64,000 bases of DNA from Octopus vulgaris (GCA_951406725.2 OX597820.1:97650001-97714000), one strand, 5' to 3'; positions 50,522-64,000 are shown, counted from the first letter of the stretch. Numbers and translations: made by a program. The notes: a model not told the origin generated them from the letters alone.

Positions 50522-51087
50522 CATACATACATGTATATATGTATGCATGTATATATACGTGTAACTAAATCGCGGATTGCAAAAAATTCACACAAAAACG
50601 AATAAAAAAAATACTTTAAATATGGGGGCAGCTAGTCGCACCATTTTTTATTGTTCATTTATAGAAAGAATTTTATTATAATATGAATTATTTTCTTATT
50701 TCATCGTCTCTGTATTTTAAATATCTTTTTAATTATTCTTTTTATATTCCAGTGCTGTAACAAAAAAAAAAATGTTATTAATGTTAAATTTAGACAACCT
50801 CTACATATGTGCTTAGGTGAAGAAAAAAATATAGCTAAAGAATGTGACAAAATTTGATTACGTGGCACCACCACCACCACCACCACCACCACTACCACCA
50901 CCACCACGACCATCATCATCATCATCATTATCATCATCATCTCATTTTATATTATTTTATGGACATTATGACTGGTAAGCACGCCCACATTCACACTCAC
51001 ACGTACATATAGTGAAAATCGTGTTGTAAGAGATGCTTTCTTCTATGGAATTGTATGTGTACATCTATCTACCTACCCATATCTATA

Positions 51088-51144
<57 letters not shown>

Positions 51145-51208
51145 TGCGTATGCATGTATGCGCGTGCGTGTGTGTGTGCGTGTGCATATGTGTATATATA
51201 TCCTTATG

Positions 51209-51428
51209 CGGCAGAAACGTTGGCACGCCGGGCGAAATGCGTAGCCGTATTTCGTCTGCTGTTACGTTCTGAGTTCAAAATCCGCCGAAGTCGACTTTGC
51301 CTATCATCCTTTCGTGATCGATAAATAAAGTACCAGTTTCGCACTGGGGTCGATGTATACGACTTAAACCCTTTGTCTGTCCTTGTTTGTCCCCTCTATG
51401 TTTAGCCCCTTGTGGGTAGTAAAGAAAT
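51209..51428 (+). mobile_element. SINE family M
   Basis: Matches 14139-14372. Confidence 0.85.
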
Positions 51429-51677
51429 ATATATACACTTATGCGTATGTAAAATGTGCTTCAGTGAAAGTCATACGCGACGAATAAACTCTGAAAAATA
51501 GAGACTATTGTACTGGTAATTGAAAGGCACACCTTGAAGACTATTACTCAAAATATTACTGTGGCCGTGCCAGAATTTTGGTAGTTATCTGTTTTTGGTA
51601 TTTCTGTGTTAGGAAGTTGTACCTTCAGAAGTAAATCAGTTTATTAAGCATTTAACAAAAAGGAGGTGAGGTGGTAT

Positions 51678-51880
51678 ATTCTTTACTTGTTTCGGTCATT
51701 AGTCGAGCAAATCAACCCTAGAACTTATTCTTTGTAAGCCTAGTACTTATTGTATCGGCCTGTTTTGCCGAACCGCTAAGTTACGGGTGACGTAAACACA
51801 CCAACATCGGTTGTCAAGCGATGTTGGGGGGACAAACACAGACACACAAACGTACACACATACACACACACACACACACG

Positions 51881-51958
<78 letters not shown>

Positions 51959-52121
51959 CGACGGGCTTGTTTCAGTTTCCGTCAACCAAATCCACTCACA
52001 AGGCTTTGGTCGGCCCGAGGCTATAGTAGAAGACACTTGCCCAAGGTGCCACGCAGTGGGATTGAACCCGGAACCATGTGGTTCGTAATCAAGCTACATA
52101 CCATACAGCCACTCCTACGCC
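51678..52121 (-). mobile_element. SINE family B
   Basis: Reverse-complement match to 8161-8613. Confidence 0.85.
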
Positions 52122-52309
52122 TATATGTATAAGAAAAATAGCCTTTAGTTTGAGCTTAATTTTTCATTTGTTTTATTGTCAAGAATTTACAGGGAACACT
52201 AACGTTCTAAGGAAAGGAACCAAGTGACATGGAAAAACGCTGTATGATCAATGAGATGCTAGAATTAGGGCTGTGAAATTGATGCGCGTGCTAGTTTTAG
52301 TGGTGTCAG

Positions 52310-52660
52310 TTCCTTTTACGTCACAACATTTTGCCTGGAGACTGCTATGATCAAGTATGTGCCGACCATCAAGCTTCGCTCGTCACGTCACTAAGTCCCT
52401 AACATACACTCTGCTAGTTAAACTCATTCTTGGTATTTTGTCTTTAAGTCTGGTTTCTTGTAGTGAACCCTAGAACAGATCAACCAGGAAAGATCTAAGG
52501 TGATGTCATCACTCGAAAATCCGTAATGTTGTAATTTGATTGGTCGGATGTTGTTGACGTCTTTACACAATTTGAAAGATCCTCTTTGTTCACACATGCA
52601 CACAGAACTTGCAAAGAAAACAATTGGTTTTTAAATTGAGGCAGAGACCTGCGTCAAGCA
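52310..52660. promoter_or_regulatory. Candidate CRE/ATF + CCAAT motif cluster
   Basis: TTACGTCA 52316, CGTCACGTCA 52381, TGATGTCA 52501, GATTGG 52538, TGACGTC 52555, ATTGG 52623, TGCGTCA 52650 in non-repetitive DNA. Confidence 0.3.
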
Positions 52661-52915
52661 TTCGTATACAGTGTGTTCAAAGGGTGATACTTTTTAGCTC
52701 AACTTGCCTGTTATTCACAGCAACAAGGACAGTCAACAGCAATCCTAATGAACGAACACACTTACATTAAATGAGAGAACCCTGTACGCCTTTGCAAAGT
52801 TAAAAATGATGCTGACAACCTGGTGAACAAAAAATCAGTAAATGAATGACTGATTGCACACTCTCGCTTGGTAGATTATCAAATCTTTAAACTTAAGCCA
52901 CGAAAGACAATAAAA

Positions 52916-53215
52916 ATCATCATCATCGTTGTCGTCGTCGCCGTTGTCGTCGTCATCGTCGTCGTCGTCGTCGTCGTCCTCCTCCTCCTCCTCATCATCA
53001 TCATCATCATCGACACCACCATCACCAAAACCACAACCACCACCACAACCACAAACACCACCACCACCACCACCATCACAACTATCACCACCACCACCAC
53101 CACCACCACCACCACCACCACCACCACCACAGCCATCACTATCACCACCGCCGCCGCCGCCATCACCACCACGACAGCCACCACCACCATCAAAAACAAC
53201 AGCAACAACAACAAG
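52916..53215. repeat. Compound trinucleotide array (TCA/GTC/TCC/CAC/GCC/CAA)
   Basis: Direct. Confidence 0.9.
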
Positions 53216-54421
53216 GCACCTATTGCCTCCCAATATCTATCTACTCACCGAATGTGAGTCGGAGCCGATGCCACTCTTGCAAGTCAAAATCCAGGTTTAA
53301 GTGACCTTTGCTGTCTAGGTTCACATTTATGGAATTGAAACAGAAGTACTTACCCCCCCCCCCACACACACATGTATATACATATACACACAGGCGGGCC
53401 AGTATACACGTGCACACACACACATACACCACATGAGCACCAAATAACCTAATAACCTGCCATGATTTGTTTTAAATTACACAGTAAACAGTGAGGACAA
53501 CATTGAAAGTTTTAATCGCCATGCCGAGTTTTTAGAGTAACTCAGTTTGGCTGAGAGCAACAGTCTCCAAGGCTTATCCATTAAGCGGAATTGAAACGAG
53601 CAGTTCTGGAACTCGTCAGATACATTTCGTATACGTAGCTGGAGAACTGGGCCAAAGGCATTCTCACGGATGTGAAATCTTTCCTAAGAACATCTAATTT
53701 ATGCATTTGCTCCTCGTTCTGTTTTCTATTGCTTTTCTTTGCTAAATTTTATCACTATTAAAAAGAATTTCTTTTACCATGTACCCATTCAACCAAGTTC
53801 ATGAAATATCATTTTGTTACCTTTCTTTGGAAAGGGAAGAGCAAGCAGGTTTTCCTCTGTCTCGTAGCTACAGAAACAAGCAAAAAAAGAAAATCGTATG
53901 ATGTCCAAGATTGTAAACCATATTTTTGCTACCCATCAAATTCATTAACCTTTTTCAAGTACCAACTTAAGAGGATGTAGGAGTAAACAAGGAGATTGTT
54001 CTCTCCAATAAATTCGCTAAAAGGTGGGGAAGAAATGTTAATTTCTCTGACTAAAGGAGTTATTCTCAATATACAACTGTAGACAGCGAACTGAACAATA
54101 GAAGAGTCACTCGTAATTGACCGTCGGAGCAGTAGGAATTTGTATAGGTTTCACGTCTTGGCTCTAGATAGTGGTTTTCATATTGGCACCATATCATTGT
54201 GCATTGATGTTCCTTGTTGCTTTCTATGCAAGTCTATGCACGTTTTTCCATTAATAATGTAAACCTACCCTGATATCCTATACTTTGTTTTCGTAATATC
54301 TCTCAGACATGACCCTCGATGCAATAAATCATCAGTATGAACAATAACAGTAGCGCAAGGAAAAAAAGCAACGGCGAGGACGATGGCGGCGATGTCGACA
54401 CCGACACGACAGCTCCCGAAA

Positions 54422-54482
54422 TTTCTTCTTCTTCTTCTTCTTCTTCTTCTTCTTCTTCTACTTCTTCTTCTTCTTCTTCTTC

Positions 54483-54514
<32 letters not shown>

Positions 54515-54554
54515 CTTCTTCTTCTTCTTCTACTTCTTCTTCTACTTCTTCTTC

Positions 54555-54586
<32 letters not shown>

Positions 54587-54598
54587 CTTCTTCTACTG

Positions 54599-54629
<31 letters not shown>

Positions 54630-54639
54630 CACCACCACC

Positions 54640-54727
<88 letters not shown>

Positions 54728-54750
54728 TGCTGCTGCTGCTGCTGCTGCTG
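54422..54750. repeat. Compound (TTC)n(TAC)n(CAC)n(TAC)n(TGC)n array
   Basis: Direct. Confidence 0.95.
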
Positions 54751-55380
54751 GAAGCATTATTACTAGTGGTAGTGGTAATGATATACTACAGCAACCAACA
54801 TAAAAGCGACAGTAACAGCAAAAGAACAACACAAAAGAGAATAATAAAAAGAACCAAAACAGCTAATCAGATTTTCATTGAAGGAAGGAAAGAAAGAAGC
54901 AAAGATTAAGAGACTGAAAGAGTGAGAGAGAAAAAAAGGAGCGAGAAAGAGCGAGTGTGGGGAGAGGGAGAGGGAGGGCGAAAAACGTCGTTAATAACAG
55001 AAGAGGCCTTAACTACTTTGTAGGAAGGAGTTATTATCAGAACAGTTATTGGTGCAGGTGAAGAAATTAATAGAGGAGACACACCCACAACGAATGGCTT
55101 ATCTTATGACCAATTTGTCACTTCCTTCGTTTTATTGGTGGCGGCGAAAACATTGGCCTCTTCACCACACACTCATCAGCTCCATACATGCATACATGCT
55201 TCTATATACTGTGCGCGTTTGTACAGAACGTACACAAACATACATATACATACATACATGCATACATACATACACCCCCCCCCCAGACACATACACACAC
55301 ACACACATATATATTTGTATGTATGTATGCAGTGCAATTGTGTCCTGTTGAACGCTGATTCGTCGAAGAGACGTGAGAGT

Positions 55381-55645
<265 letters not shown>

Positions 55646-55796
55646 GAGAGAGAGAGAAAGAGATTAACGTTTGTAAGTATGTATACATATGTTTGTGTGC
55701 ACATATATATATATATATATATATTAATAGTTATGGTAAGACATTAAAAGAATGAAAGAGACCGCGATATTATGTAAATAGAGGAATTTATTTGTA

Positions 55797-55829
<33 letters not shown>

Positions 55830-55859
55830 TGTATGTATGTATGTATGTATGTATGTATG

Positions 55860-55910
<51 letters not shown>

Positions 55911-56094
55911 CAAATGGTGCGAAACTGCGATGATATTTTGGTTCATTGACTGACGAGGAAAACTCAGTTGCGAATATTCCGTGTATCGTGTCTTTGTCGA
56001 TATTCCCCATCCGTTAAGTTTCCGTGTAGTTTCCCGTTTGCTCTGCTTCCGTCTAAGTTTTTCTCTTTGTTGTGTTCTGTCTGTTCAACTCTTG

Positions 56095-56142
<48 letters not shown>

Positions 56143-56175
56143 CTAATTCTGTGTCTGTTTTTGTTTTCTATGTTA

Positions 56176-56688
56176 CTAGTAGTATCGCCCGGCGTTGCTC
56201 GGGTTTGTAAGGGAAATAACTATATAAGCATTTTTAGATAGTTACTTCCCTTATAGATGCCAATTCGGGCTTTCTTAGCCATTTCTGTTTTGGTGTCTTC
56301 AAGCCATGAAGTCGTTGTTCTAAAAGAACGCTGGTCTCCTTGACAACGCTTTACGACGTTGATTTCCTTACACTCCCTTCCCCACAGCTTCACGAGGGAG
56401 GGAAGAAGGGGGAGAAGCAAACAGGTGCAGGTGTGACCATGGACGCCAACTCCGCCGCCATCGACACACGAAAAATTATGCATTAAAATGGAATAAAAAA
56501 TGATGTTAAATTATTTTTAAAATCGTAGTCTCATCGTAGACGCGCGCTAATACTCAGACGGGCTCGATATGAATCACGACTATAAGATACCCGAATTTGG
56601 TTAAACTGCACCGCAAAATGTGGGAGTAGTTAGGAATCTAAATCGAAGGGGACAGACACTCACACAACTACAGTTTTATATATATAGA
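56176..56688 (-). mobile_element. Non-autonomous Helitron
   Basis: Minus strand starts TCTATATATATAAAACTG and ends CCCGAGCAACGCCGGGCGATACTACTAG|T; 3' end of about 70 bp shared with 39769-40138. Confidence 0.8.
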
Positions 56689-58454
56689 TTTCCTTTAATC
56701 ATCTACATAAATATGGAAGTATGAAAAGCAATGACCTGGTGAGAGATATAGATGGGAAGGAAAGAAACTGTTGTAAAGAGGGATGGTTAGATAAATGGTG
56801 ATTATGGAGCGACTGAAACAGATAGATAGATAGTTCGACAGATAGATTGTGAGAGAAAGAGAGAAAGAGGGAGGGAGAGGGAGGAAGACGGAGGGAAGGA
56901 GGGAGAGCGAGTGTGTATGTGTGTAAATGAAACAAGCAACCGACTAATACACACCTGAAATATTGGGAAGGGACGGAAGAAAGGCTGAGCGAGAAAGCGA
57001 TAGTGTGATTAAGAGAGAAAAGGTGGAAAGAATAAAGATAGTAACAGGTAGAATTAGAAAGGTAACGTGATAAAATATTTTTGTGGAAAGAGAAAGCAGC
57101 GGCAGTTATGAGGGAGGTGACCGGAGGAGAAAGAAAATATTATAAATTGTAGTGAAATGTTTGGAGGGAGTTTGAGGGAGAGGGGAACAAAGAGATGAAG
57201 GGGAGAGATTGGAGGAAGAGAGAGGGGAACAAAGAGACGAAGAGGAGAGAGAGGAAGAAAGCGAGTGAGAGAAGGGGATGGAAGGGGTGGAGCAAGAGAG
57301 GGGAAAGTGAGGGAGAACAAACAGGCGAGAAGAGGGAGTAACGGGAGAGGGAGACATAGTGGCGAGGAAATGATAGAGAAGAGAGAGAGGGGGGGGGAGA
57401 AACAGAAATAGCTAGATGAGGGCCACCAAACAAGATAAGCAGTCAGGCTTGTAGATATAATGAAACACAAGAAGAGAATAGCGAAAGTCTTGAAATAGTA
57501 TAATATTAAGGCTCACTGATATGGGACAGGGATATGCAACCTCATCTTCGGTGGGTTCTACGGCAGTATACAACGTAAATGATGTAGTATGGAATGTAAA
57601 TATTAGTGAAAAAAAAACTGAAGAAAACGGTGCTTTGCGAAGGAAGTTCTTGATATGTTTGTTCTGCAGTGAGTCAGCTAATCTCCATTGTGGCCCTCAG
57701 CATCATAAATTGTGAGATCAATTGATTGATTCTGCTAGAAACATGTAATCAAGGACGTTCTTTTCTCTCGACATAAACATATATGTGTGTGTGTGTATGT
57801 AGATATCTATGTGTCTGTGTCTTTGTGTCTGTGTTTATCCCCCACTTGATAACCGGTGTCGTTGTGTTTACGTCCCCGTAACATAGAGCTGTATCATGCA
57901 AACGCTCAGCGGTTAGAGCGTAGGGCTCACAATCATGAGCTAGTGAGTTCGATTCCTGAACCGAGCTGTGTGTTGTGTTCTTGAGCAAGACACCTTATTT
58001 CACGTTGCTCCAGTCCATTCTGCTTTAGAAATGAGTTGCAACGTCACAGGTGCCAAGCTGTATTGGCCTTTACCTTTCCCTTGGATGAGATCGGTGGCGT
58101 GGAGAGGAGGGGCTGGTATGCATGAGAGACTGCTAGTCTTCCATAAAGCAATCTTGCCTGGATTTGTGCCCCGGAGGGTAACTTTCTAGATGCGATCCCA
58201 TGGTAATTGATGTCAAAAGGGTGTCTTTACCCATTTCTTTTTTAAACATGCTTCATCAGGACGATACGATTGAAACTACAACCTTAACATCCGAAGTGAA
58301 TCATGTTTTACTAGATTTAAATATGATTGGCCAAACACCCTTTTATTCTCCCACTTTCTGATTTCTCCTTCATTATCTTTCTCTCCCTCATCCCTTTCAT
58401 TCATTCATTCATTCATTCTTTATTTCTTTCGTTTCTTTGTTTTTCTATTTCATA

Positions 58455-58720
58455 TACATGCTATCTACATGTCCGGGCGGGCGACTTGCCCGGACCGATG
58501 CAAATCTTCCAGACCAAATATCCCGAGTTTCCTTAGCAATTTTCATATCTTCAGCTCGATATCCAGTGTTTTCCAAGAGTTGATCGACACATGCTCTTCT
58601 GGGTCTGCCGATATTTTCATGTCCATACATGGATTTTCAGAGAGGGAGATTGCTGGATATTTCATCTTTGCTTCTCCAGTAGTGTCCTATATAACGTGGT
58701 CTTCTTTCACTGATTACTGA
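58455..58720 (-). mobile_element. RTE/RTE-X LINE 3' fragment
   Basis: RYIGHYWRSKDEISSNLPL*..YGHENIGRPRRACVDQLLENTGYRAEDMKIAKETRDIW. Confidence 0.7.
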
Positions 58721-58744
58721 GGTGAAGGTATGAAGGCCGCCATA

Positions 58745-58990
58745 CAGTCGCTGCTTAGTGGTTAGGCGTGTTGGACACATGATCGTAAGATTGTGGTTTC
58801 GGCTTCTGGACCAGGCGACGCGTTGTGTTCTTGGACAAACACTTCATTTCAAGTTGCTCCAATCCACTCAACTGGCAAAAATGAATAATCCTCCGACGGA
58901 CCGGGTGCCGTCCAGATGAGGAATATATAAACCATGAAACCGGGAAACCAGCTCTTGTGGGTCGGCATGACTCAAGAAGATAACTTTACT
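58745..58990 (+). mobile_element. SINE (head D + tail 3)
   Basis: Homologous to 8650-8890. Confidence 0.7.
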
Positions 58991-59753
58991 TAACTCTTAG
59001 AGTGTTGCTACCTCGAAAGATTGAGAACTTCATGAAGCAAACTTATGTATGTACCGTCAAGCTTCTTTTGAAGATCCATAGAAAAATACTGATTCTACGA
59101 CTGTTTTGCAGAAACGCCTCTTCATGGTATCAGGAAGGAAAGGCTTCTATATAACTCTATGTATGTCTAGAGCATTCCTCGCGTTTACAGTCCTTAACTG
59201 AACTACTTGTCTGGTGAAGCAATGTTACTTCCCAGGGAGGTAAAGTCATCAACCACCAACCATCTTCAGATTGGTGCAATACCAGGAACACATTTATGTG
59301 GACAACTCAACTTGCTAAAAATAGAAGTCAAATTTCCAATAGTCGTTACAGAGAAAAATGTATGGCAGAAAATCGTCTATTTGAGGAACGAACTGTAGTT
59401 AAACAACAACAACAACTAGAAAAAGAAGTCTCTAAGTTCTAAATAGCTCGTAGCTTATATTAAGTAGGCGAAAATATTCCTTGTAGAAATTACGAAGTTG
59501 AGAAATTATTCTTTAATTAGACAATTTTCAGGCTTTTATAATGTCAAGCCAACAGACCGTCCTATCGTGTTCCTGTTTCTGTTAAATTCATTTAGCAAGA
59601 CCCATCTGTTTGTTTGTCTATTTATACCGCTACACATTGCAACGTATTAAATTTTAGTGTTTCTTTTATTTATTGTTTATTTAATTATTTGTGTTTGTTT
59701 TCATTTATGTTTAAACAAAAAATATATACACACATACTTACACACACACTCAT

Positions 59754-59786
<33 letters not shown>

Positions 59787-59858
59787 CATACATACGTATG
59801 CACACATATATACACACATATATTATATGTACATATATATATATATATATATGTATAC

Positions 59859-59902
<44 letters not shown>

Positions 59903-60068
59903 GGAGAGAGAGTTGGAAAGAGCAATGTTCATGACCCATCTGTTTATTTGTCTATTTATATTGGTACACATTGCAATGTATTAAATTGTAGTGTTTTATT
60001 TACTTATTTACAGACATTTGATTTTCATATATATATATACATATATATAAATATACATATATATATAC

Positions 60069-60168
<100 letters not shown>

Positions 60169-60356
60169 GTATATATGTATGTATGTGTATATATATATAT
60201 ATATATTCATACATACATACATAATATAAGCATGTATATGTACACACCATATCAATATATTTATATGCATGTAAGTGCATATACATGCGTGCGGGCATGT
60301 GTTTGAGTAAATATTTGCATAACCATACATACATACATACAAATATATACATATAT

Positions 60357-60405
<49 letters not shown>

Positions 60406-60946
60406 CACACACACACACACGCATACACACACACTCACACACACACATACACAGTTAATAAAATCAACTTTAAACTACATGACTTCCACCCGTTCGTTAC
60501 CTTAAAAACCTGACGCCATGTTTCACCCTGTTCTCTTGTTTTGACATTTGCAAGTCACTTCGTAAGAAGGGAGCGGCAAAAAGGCAAGAAAGAAAAGCAA
60601 AAAAACCCAAAAGAACGAAAACGTAAACAAAAACAAACAAATGAAATCTTTCTATAAATCTATTTTTATAGCAGATTGTTTTTCTTTTTCTTCCCTAAGG
60701 TTTAATATTTTCATTGCCTCGTCAGCAAGCAGACAAGATATTGCAAAAAAAAAAAAAAAAAAAAGAAAAAGGAATCCTTATTGTACTTCTATCATTTTCT
60801 TTTTCTCTTTATTCTGTGTCCTTCCAAATATAAACGTGTGGAATTTTAGCTAATTTATATTCACTACTATTATACTTTGCACATCATATAACTTGAGGAG
60901 TTCCAATTTTTATTTCCATGTCTCATGATATGAATAATATCTCTTT

Positions 60947-60980
<34 letters not shown>

Positions 60981-60988
<8 letters not shown>

Positions 60989-61279
60989 ATCACGTGACCG
61001 ACCAGACAATCAGATGTTGCTACACATCGCTGGTCACAATGCGTTCGCATTGTTTTAGCCTTCGAATGACGCCACCCCGCTGGCTAAGCGAGCAGGCCAA
61101 CAGAAGAGTGAGAGAAAAGGTGATGAAAGAGTACAGCAGGGATCACCACCCCCTGCTGGAGCCTCGTGGAGCTTTTAGGTGTTTTCGCTCAATAAACACA
61201 CACAGCGCCCGGTCTGGGAATCGAAACGGCGATTCTACGACCGCGAGTCCGCTGCCCTAACCACTGGGCCATTGCGCCT

Positions 61280-61283
<4 letters not shown>
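60981..61283 (-). mobile_element. tRNA-derived SINE (head A + tail 2)
   Basis: Homologous to 23324-23628. Confidence 0.85.
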
Positions 61284-61333
<50 letters not shown>

Positions 61334-61798
61334 CATGCGACCTGCGGTCAGAGTTCAAATCCCGCCTATGTCAACTTTACCATTCCTCCTTTCGGAGTCA
61401 ATAAATAAAGTACCAGCCACCTACTGGGGTCGACTCTTCTTACTCACACACACACACACTCTTCTATCTCTCATTCTTTCTTTCTCGCTATCTCTCTTTC
61501 TCAAGTTTTTGTAAGATGGCTATGGTCAAAACTGAAATGATTGGCTTCATCTGATTTAAAACTGCCGGTGTTCCCATTTGAAGTGAAGGATGTTCCCACT
61601 ACACATTAAAAGATACATGTAGAATATATCCTTTTATCAATGTTTATAGTAGTTCTGTCCGTATGCAACATACGGCCTGTCTTAAAAAGAGATGGCCATA
61701 CTTCTTATGATGTATATACAACCATGCTACCTCTCCATTTTTTAATACACTAATCGTACAAGTGTCTCCATAGAAGAGAATTTGATGTTCCACATCCC

Positions 61799-61922
61799 TA
61801 GCTTTATCGATTTCGTTTGGCGAACTGATACGTCATTTTCTCGATCACTATTGGCGAAACGCTAAGTCATTTATCGATCTCGTTTGGCGAACAGCTAGGT
61901 CATTTAATCGATCGCGGTTGGA
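61799..61922. repeat. Minisatellite, about 33-bp unit, about 4 diverged copies
   Basis: Unit resembles GTCATTTATCGATCTCGTTTGGCGAACAGCTAG. Confidence 0.75.
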
Positions 61923-62245
61923 CAAATAAGATTGATAAACTGACTTAGCCTTTCACCAAACGAGTTCGATAAAAAGAATTAGCGATTCGTGAGAACTGCA
62001 CAACCAATTTCATTCAAATTTTACACATGCCTTAAGGTCAATGTAGTGTCATGGGCAAAAAATTCCTAACTTCTTGCCTAGGGCGATCCCACAGCAATAT
62101 CATATCTTCTCCGCTATTTCAGTATTACGTGTTAAAAGTGAAACAAAAACATCTCTCTATAGTATGGATATGGATGTATACATAAACATCCATTGTCAAG
62201 TGGTCATAGGGGTCAAACACAGATACATAGACTCGTACATGCATT

Positions 62246-62324
<79 letters not shown>

Positions 62325-62344
62325 GTATGTATGTATATATGTCT

Positions 62345-63276
62345 GTATGTTTTCTATGTGGAGTAAGGGGACACATGAAAGCTAAGTGCCCCCAGAAACA
62401 CGAAGAGGAGGAAACAGAGAAGGAATATCAGGAAGAAGAGGGTGCAAACATAGAGGAGAAAATGAAAGAGCAATATACAGTGGTAAAAAGAAAGAAGAGT
62501 AATACAGATTCACCACCCAAAAGTCTGAGGAAGAAGAGAAAGGCAAGTGGAGAGGAGAAGCAGAGTGAAAGACAAGAGAATACGAATGGGACGAGAAAAA
62601 AAATGAAAAGACAACAAAAGTGAGGAACGAAGGCAGTGACCATGAACTAGCAAGGAGGAAAGAATATAGGAGAGAAAGGAACATGAAAGAGAGATGATAG
62701 CAACACAGAATGAGAGACAGACACAGATAGAAATGCCTGTGGCAGAGGAGGAGATTGGTGAGGAGTGAAGGAGAGTGACATGTAAAAGGAAAAACTTGAG
62801 AACAATTGTGCAATATTGCCTTAATGAAGAACGTTATAAGAGTGAAATTAGCGGTCAAAGAGGATAACGAAGGTTTTAAAGCTGTTTTGTTGGAAAAAGA
62901 AAGAGGATAGAAATTGAAGGAGTTGTTTGGTGAAAGAATAGAGATGATAGGGATACAAATTGGTTATGAGACGAATTGCCGACAGTGGTGGCCTTCGAAG
63001 AGTTAATAGAGTATACGTTATAAATAATGACATCGTGTGAATTTTTTAAAAAAGGAAACCAACTGATACAAGACTGATATTGAACTGTTCATTTAAAAAC
63101 AGTAAAAGAGAAACTACCTGCTTATGGGGTGGGGGAATAGGTAAGCCATTCCATTCTCATTTTCATTATATTCATAATTCATTCGATATGTGTTTCTATG
63201 TACTCCAATGTATTGTTTTGTCTGTTTTTGTGTTGTCCCTTCTCTATTGAGGCATTGTGCCTAATTAAAGAAATAA
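62345..63276 (+). mobile_element. Decayed Tx1/L1-like non-LTR derivative (ORF1 zinc knuckle + 3' tail)
   Basis: CFLCGVRGHMKAKCP CCHC knuckle followed by a charged linker; 3' end TGTCCCTTCTCTATTGAGGCATTGTGCCTAATTAAAGAAA resembles 37463-37502. Confidence 0.6.
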
Positions 63277-63903
63277 GGACGTTGGTGCTGTCTTGGCGGA
63301 GGTTTGCGCTCTCTGAGTGCTCTTGTTATTGTTACGTCGATAAATTTTTTTGATTGCTGTTGATTTTCTGCTCACTCATTTGCTGACAATATTGTTGTTT
63401 GCAGGAGTGATTTATACAGCAATACTGGATCTGGCTTTAGCCATTGTTGTTGTTATACTTCTGAGCATGTAAAGACAAGCCAATAGCAAAAATTATTATT
63501 TCTTTCTTTGCTTAATGTTGTTGTTGTTTTAAGTATTTTTATGAATCTTAAACAGACTGATAGAGCAAAATAACCATCAGCTTTTCCAGTTGCAAGCACC
63601 AAGTCTTTCGTACACTGAAGGTTACAATATACATAAAGCCCTCCTATAATTTTTTGTAGTTAGATTTTCTGTCTCTCTCTGCTCACGTGCGCGCGCGCAC
63701 ACATACTCAAATCTCCGAGTGATTTTTAAGCATTATCAGAGCAACCTGCTTTTGAGTCCATTACATTATATATGTGTGTGTATATGTGTATGTGTGTGTG
63801 TGTGTGTGTGTGCGTAAAATAAGGGTATATATTATATTTTACACATTCTTTTGTATTCCCCTTTCACCCGCGCACACGCACGCACACACACACACATACG
63901 CAC

Positions 63904-63970
<67 letters not shown>

Positions 63971-64000
63971 GGTATAACATTAAACTTCCCGCAAGGCATA

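Noticed and set aside
53480-54260. Possible very old hAT transposase remnant
   Set aside because: Only vague motif resemblance; not supportable without a profile search.
54337-54909. 190-aa ATG-initiated poly-S/T/L ORF
   Set aside because: It is open only because of stop-free trinucleotide arrays; there is no domain content and overlapping frames are equally open.
61799-61922. CRISPR array
   Set aside because: There are no unique spacers and no cas genes, and the context is eukaryotic.

Overview
This is eukaryotic, AT-rich, microsatellite-saturated non-coding DNA. The tRNA-derived SINE families, (TA/CA/TATG/TATC/AAT)n density and Penelope-type repeats point to a cephalopod, most likely Octopus; this is inferred, not searched. 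No intact host protein-coding gene is supportable: nearly all ORFs in the track are translations of microsatellites or SINEs. The recognisable coding content is all transposon-derived. It comprises a 5'-truncated Penelope-like element (RT + GIY-YIG, Neptune-like) at 3344-4997 flanked by inverted pseudo-LTRs, fragments of CR1/L2, RTE, R4/Dong and Tx1/L1 non-LTR elements, decayed mariner/Tc1/DD37D transposases, a hAT MITE, non-autonomous Helitrons and about 30 SINE copies. The most interesting signals are at the RNA-structure level: (i) several hammerhead-ribozyme folds in Penelope pLTRs, including a variant CUGUYGA core kept in three copies and two long-stem-II folds with an A.C mismatch at the conserved 10.1-11.1 pair; (ii) a SINE whose 3' stem-loop tail matches Tx1/L1-clade elements; (iii) combinatorial head/tail swapping among SINEs; (iv) repeated fold-back palindromes centred on (TA)n; (v) CRE-rich unique segments and two weak orphan-exon candidates. 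I see no unambiguous new protein-based system.
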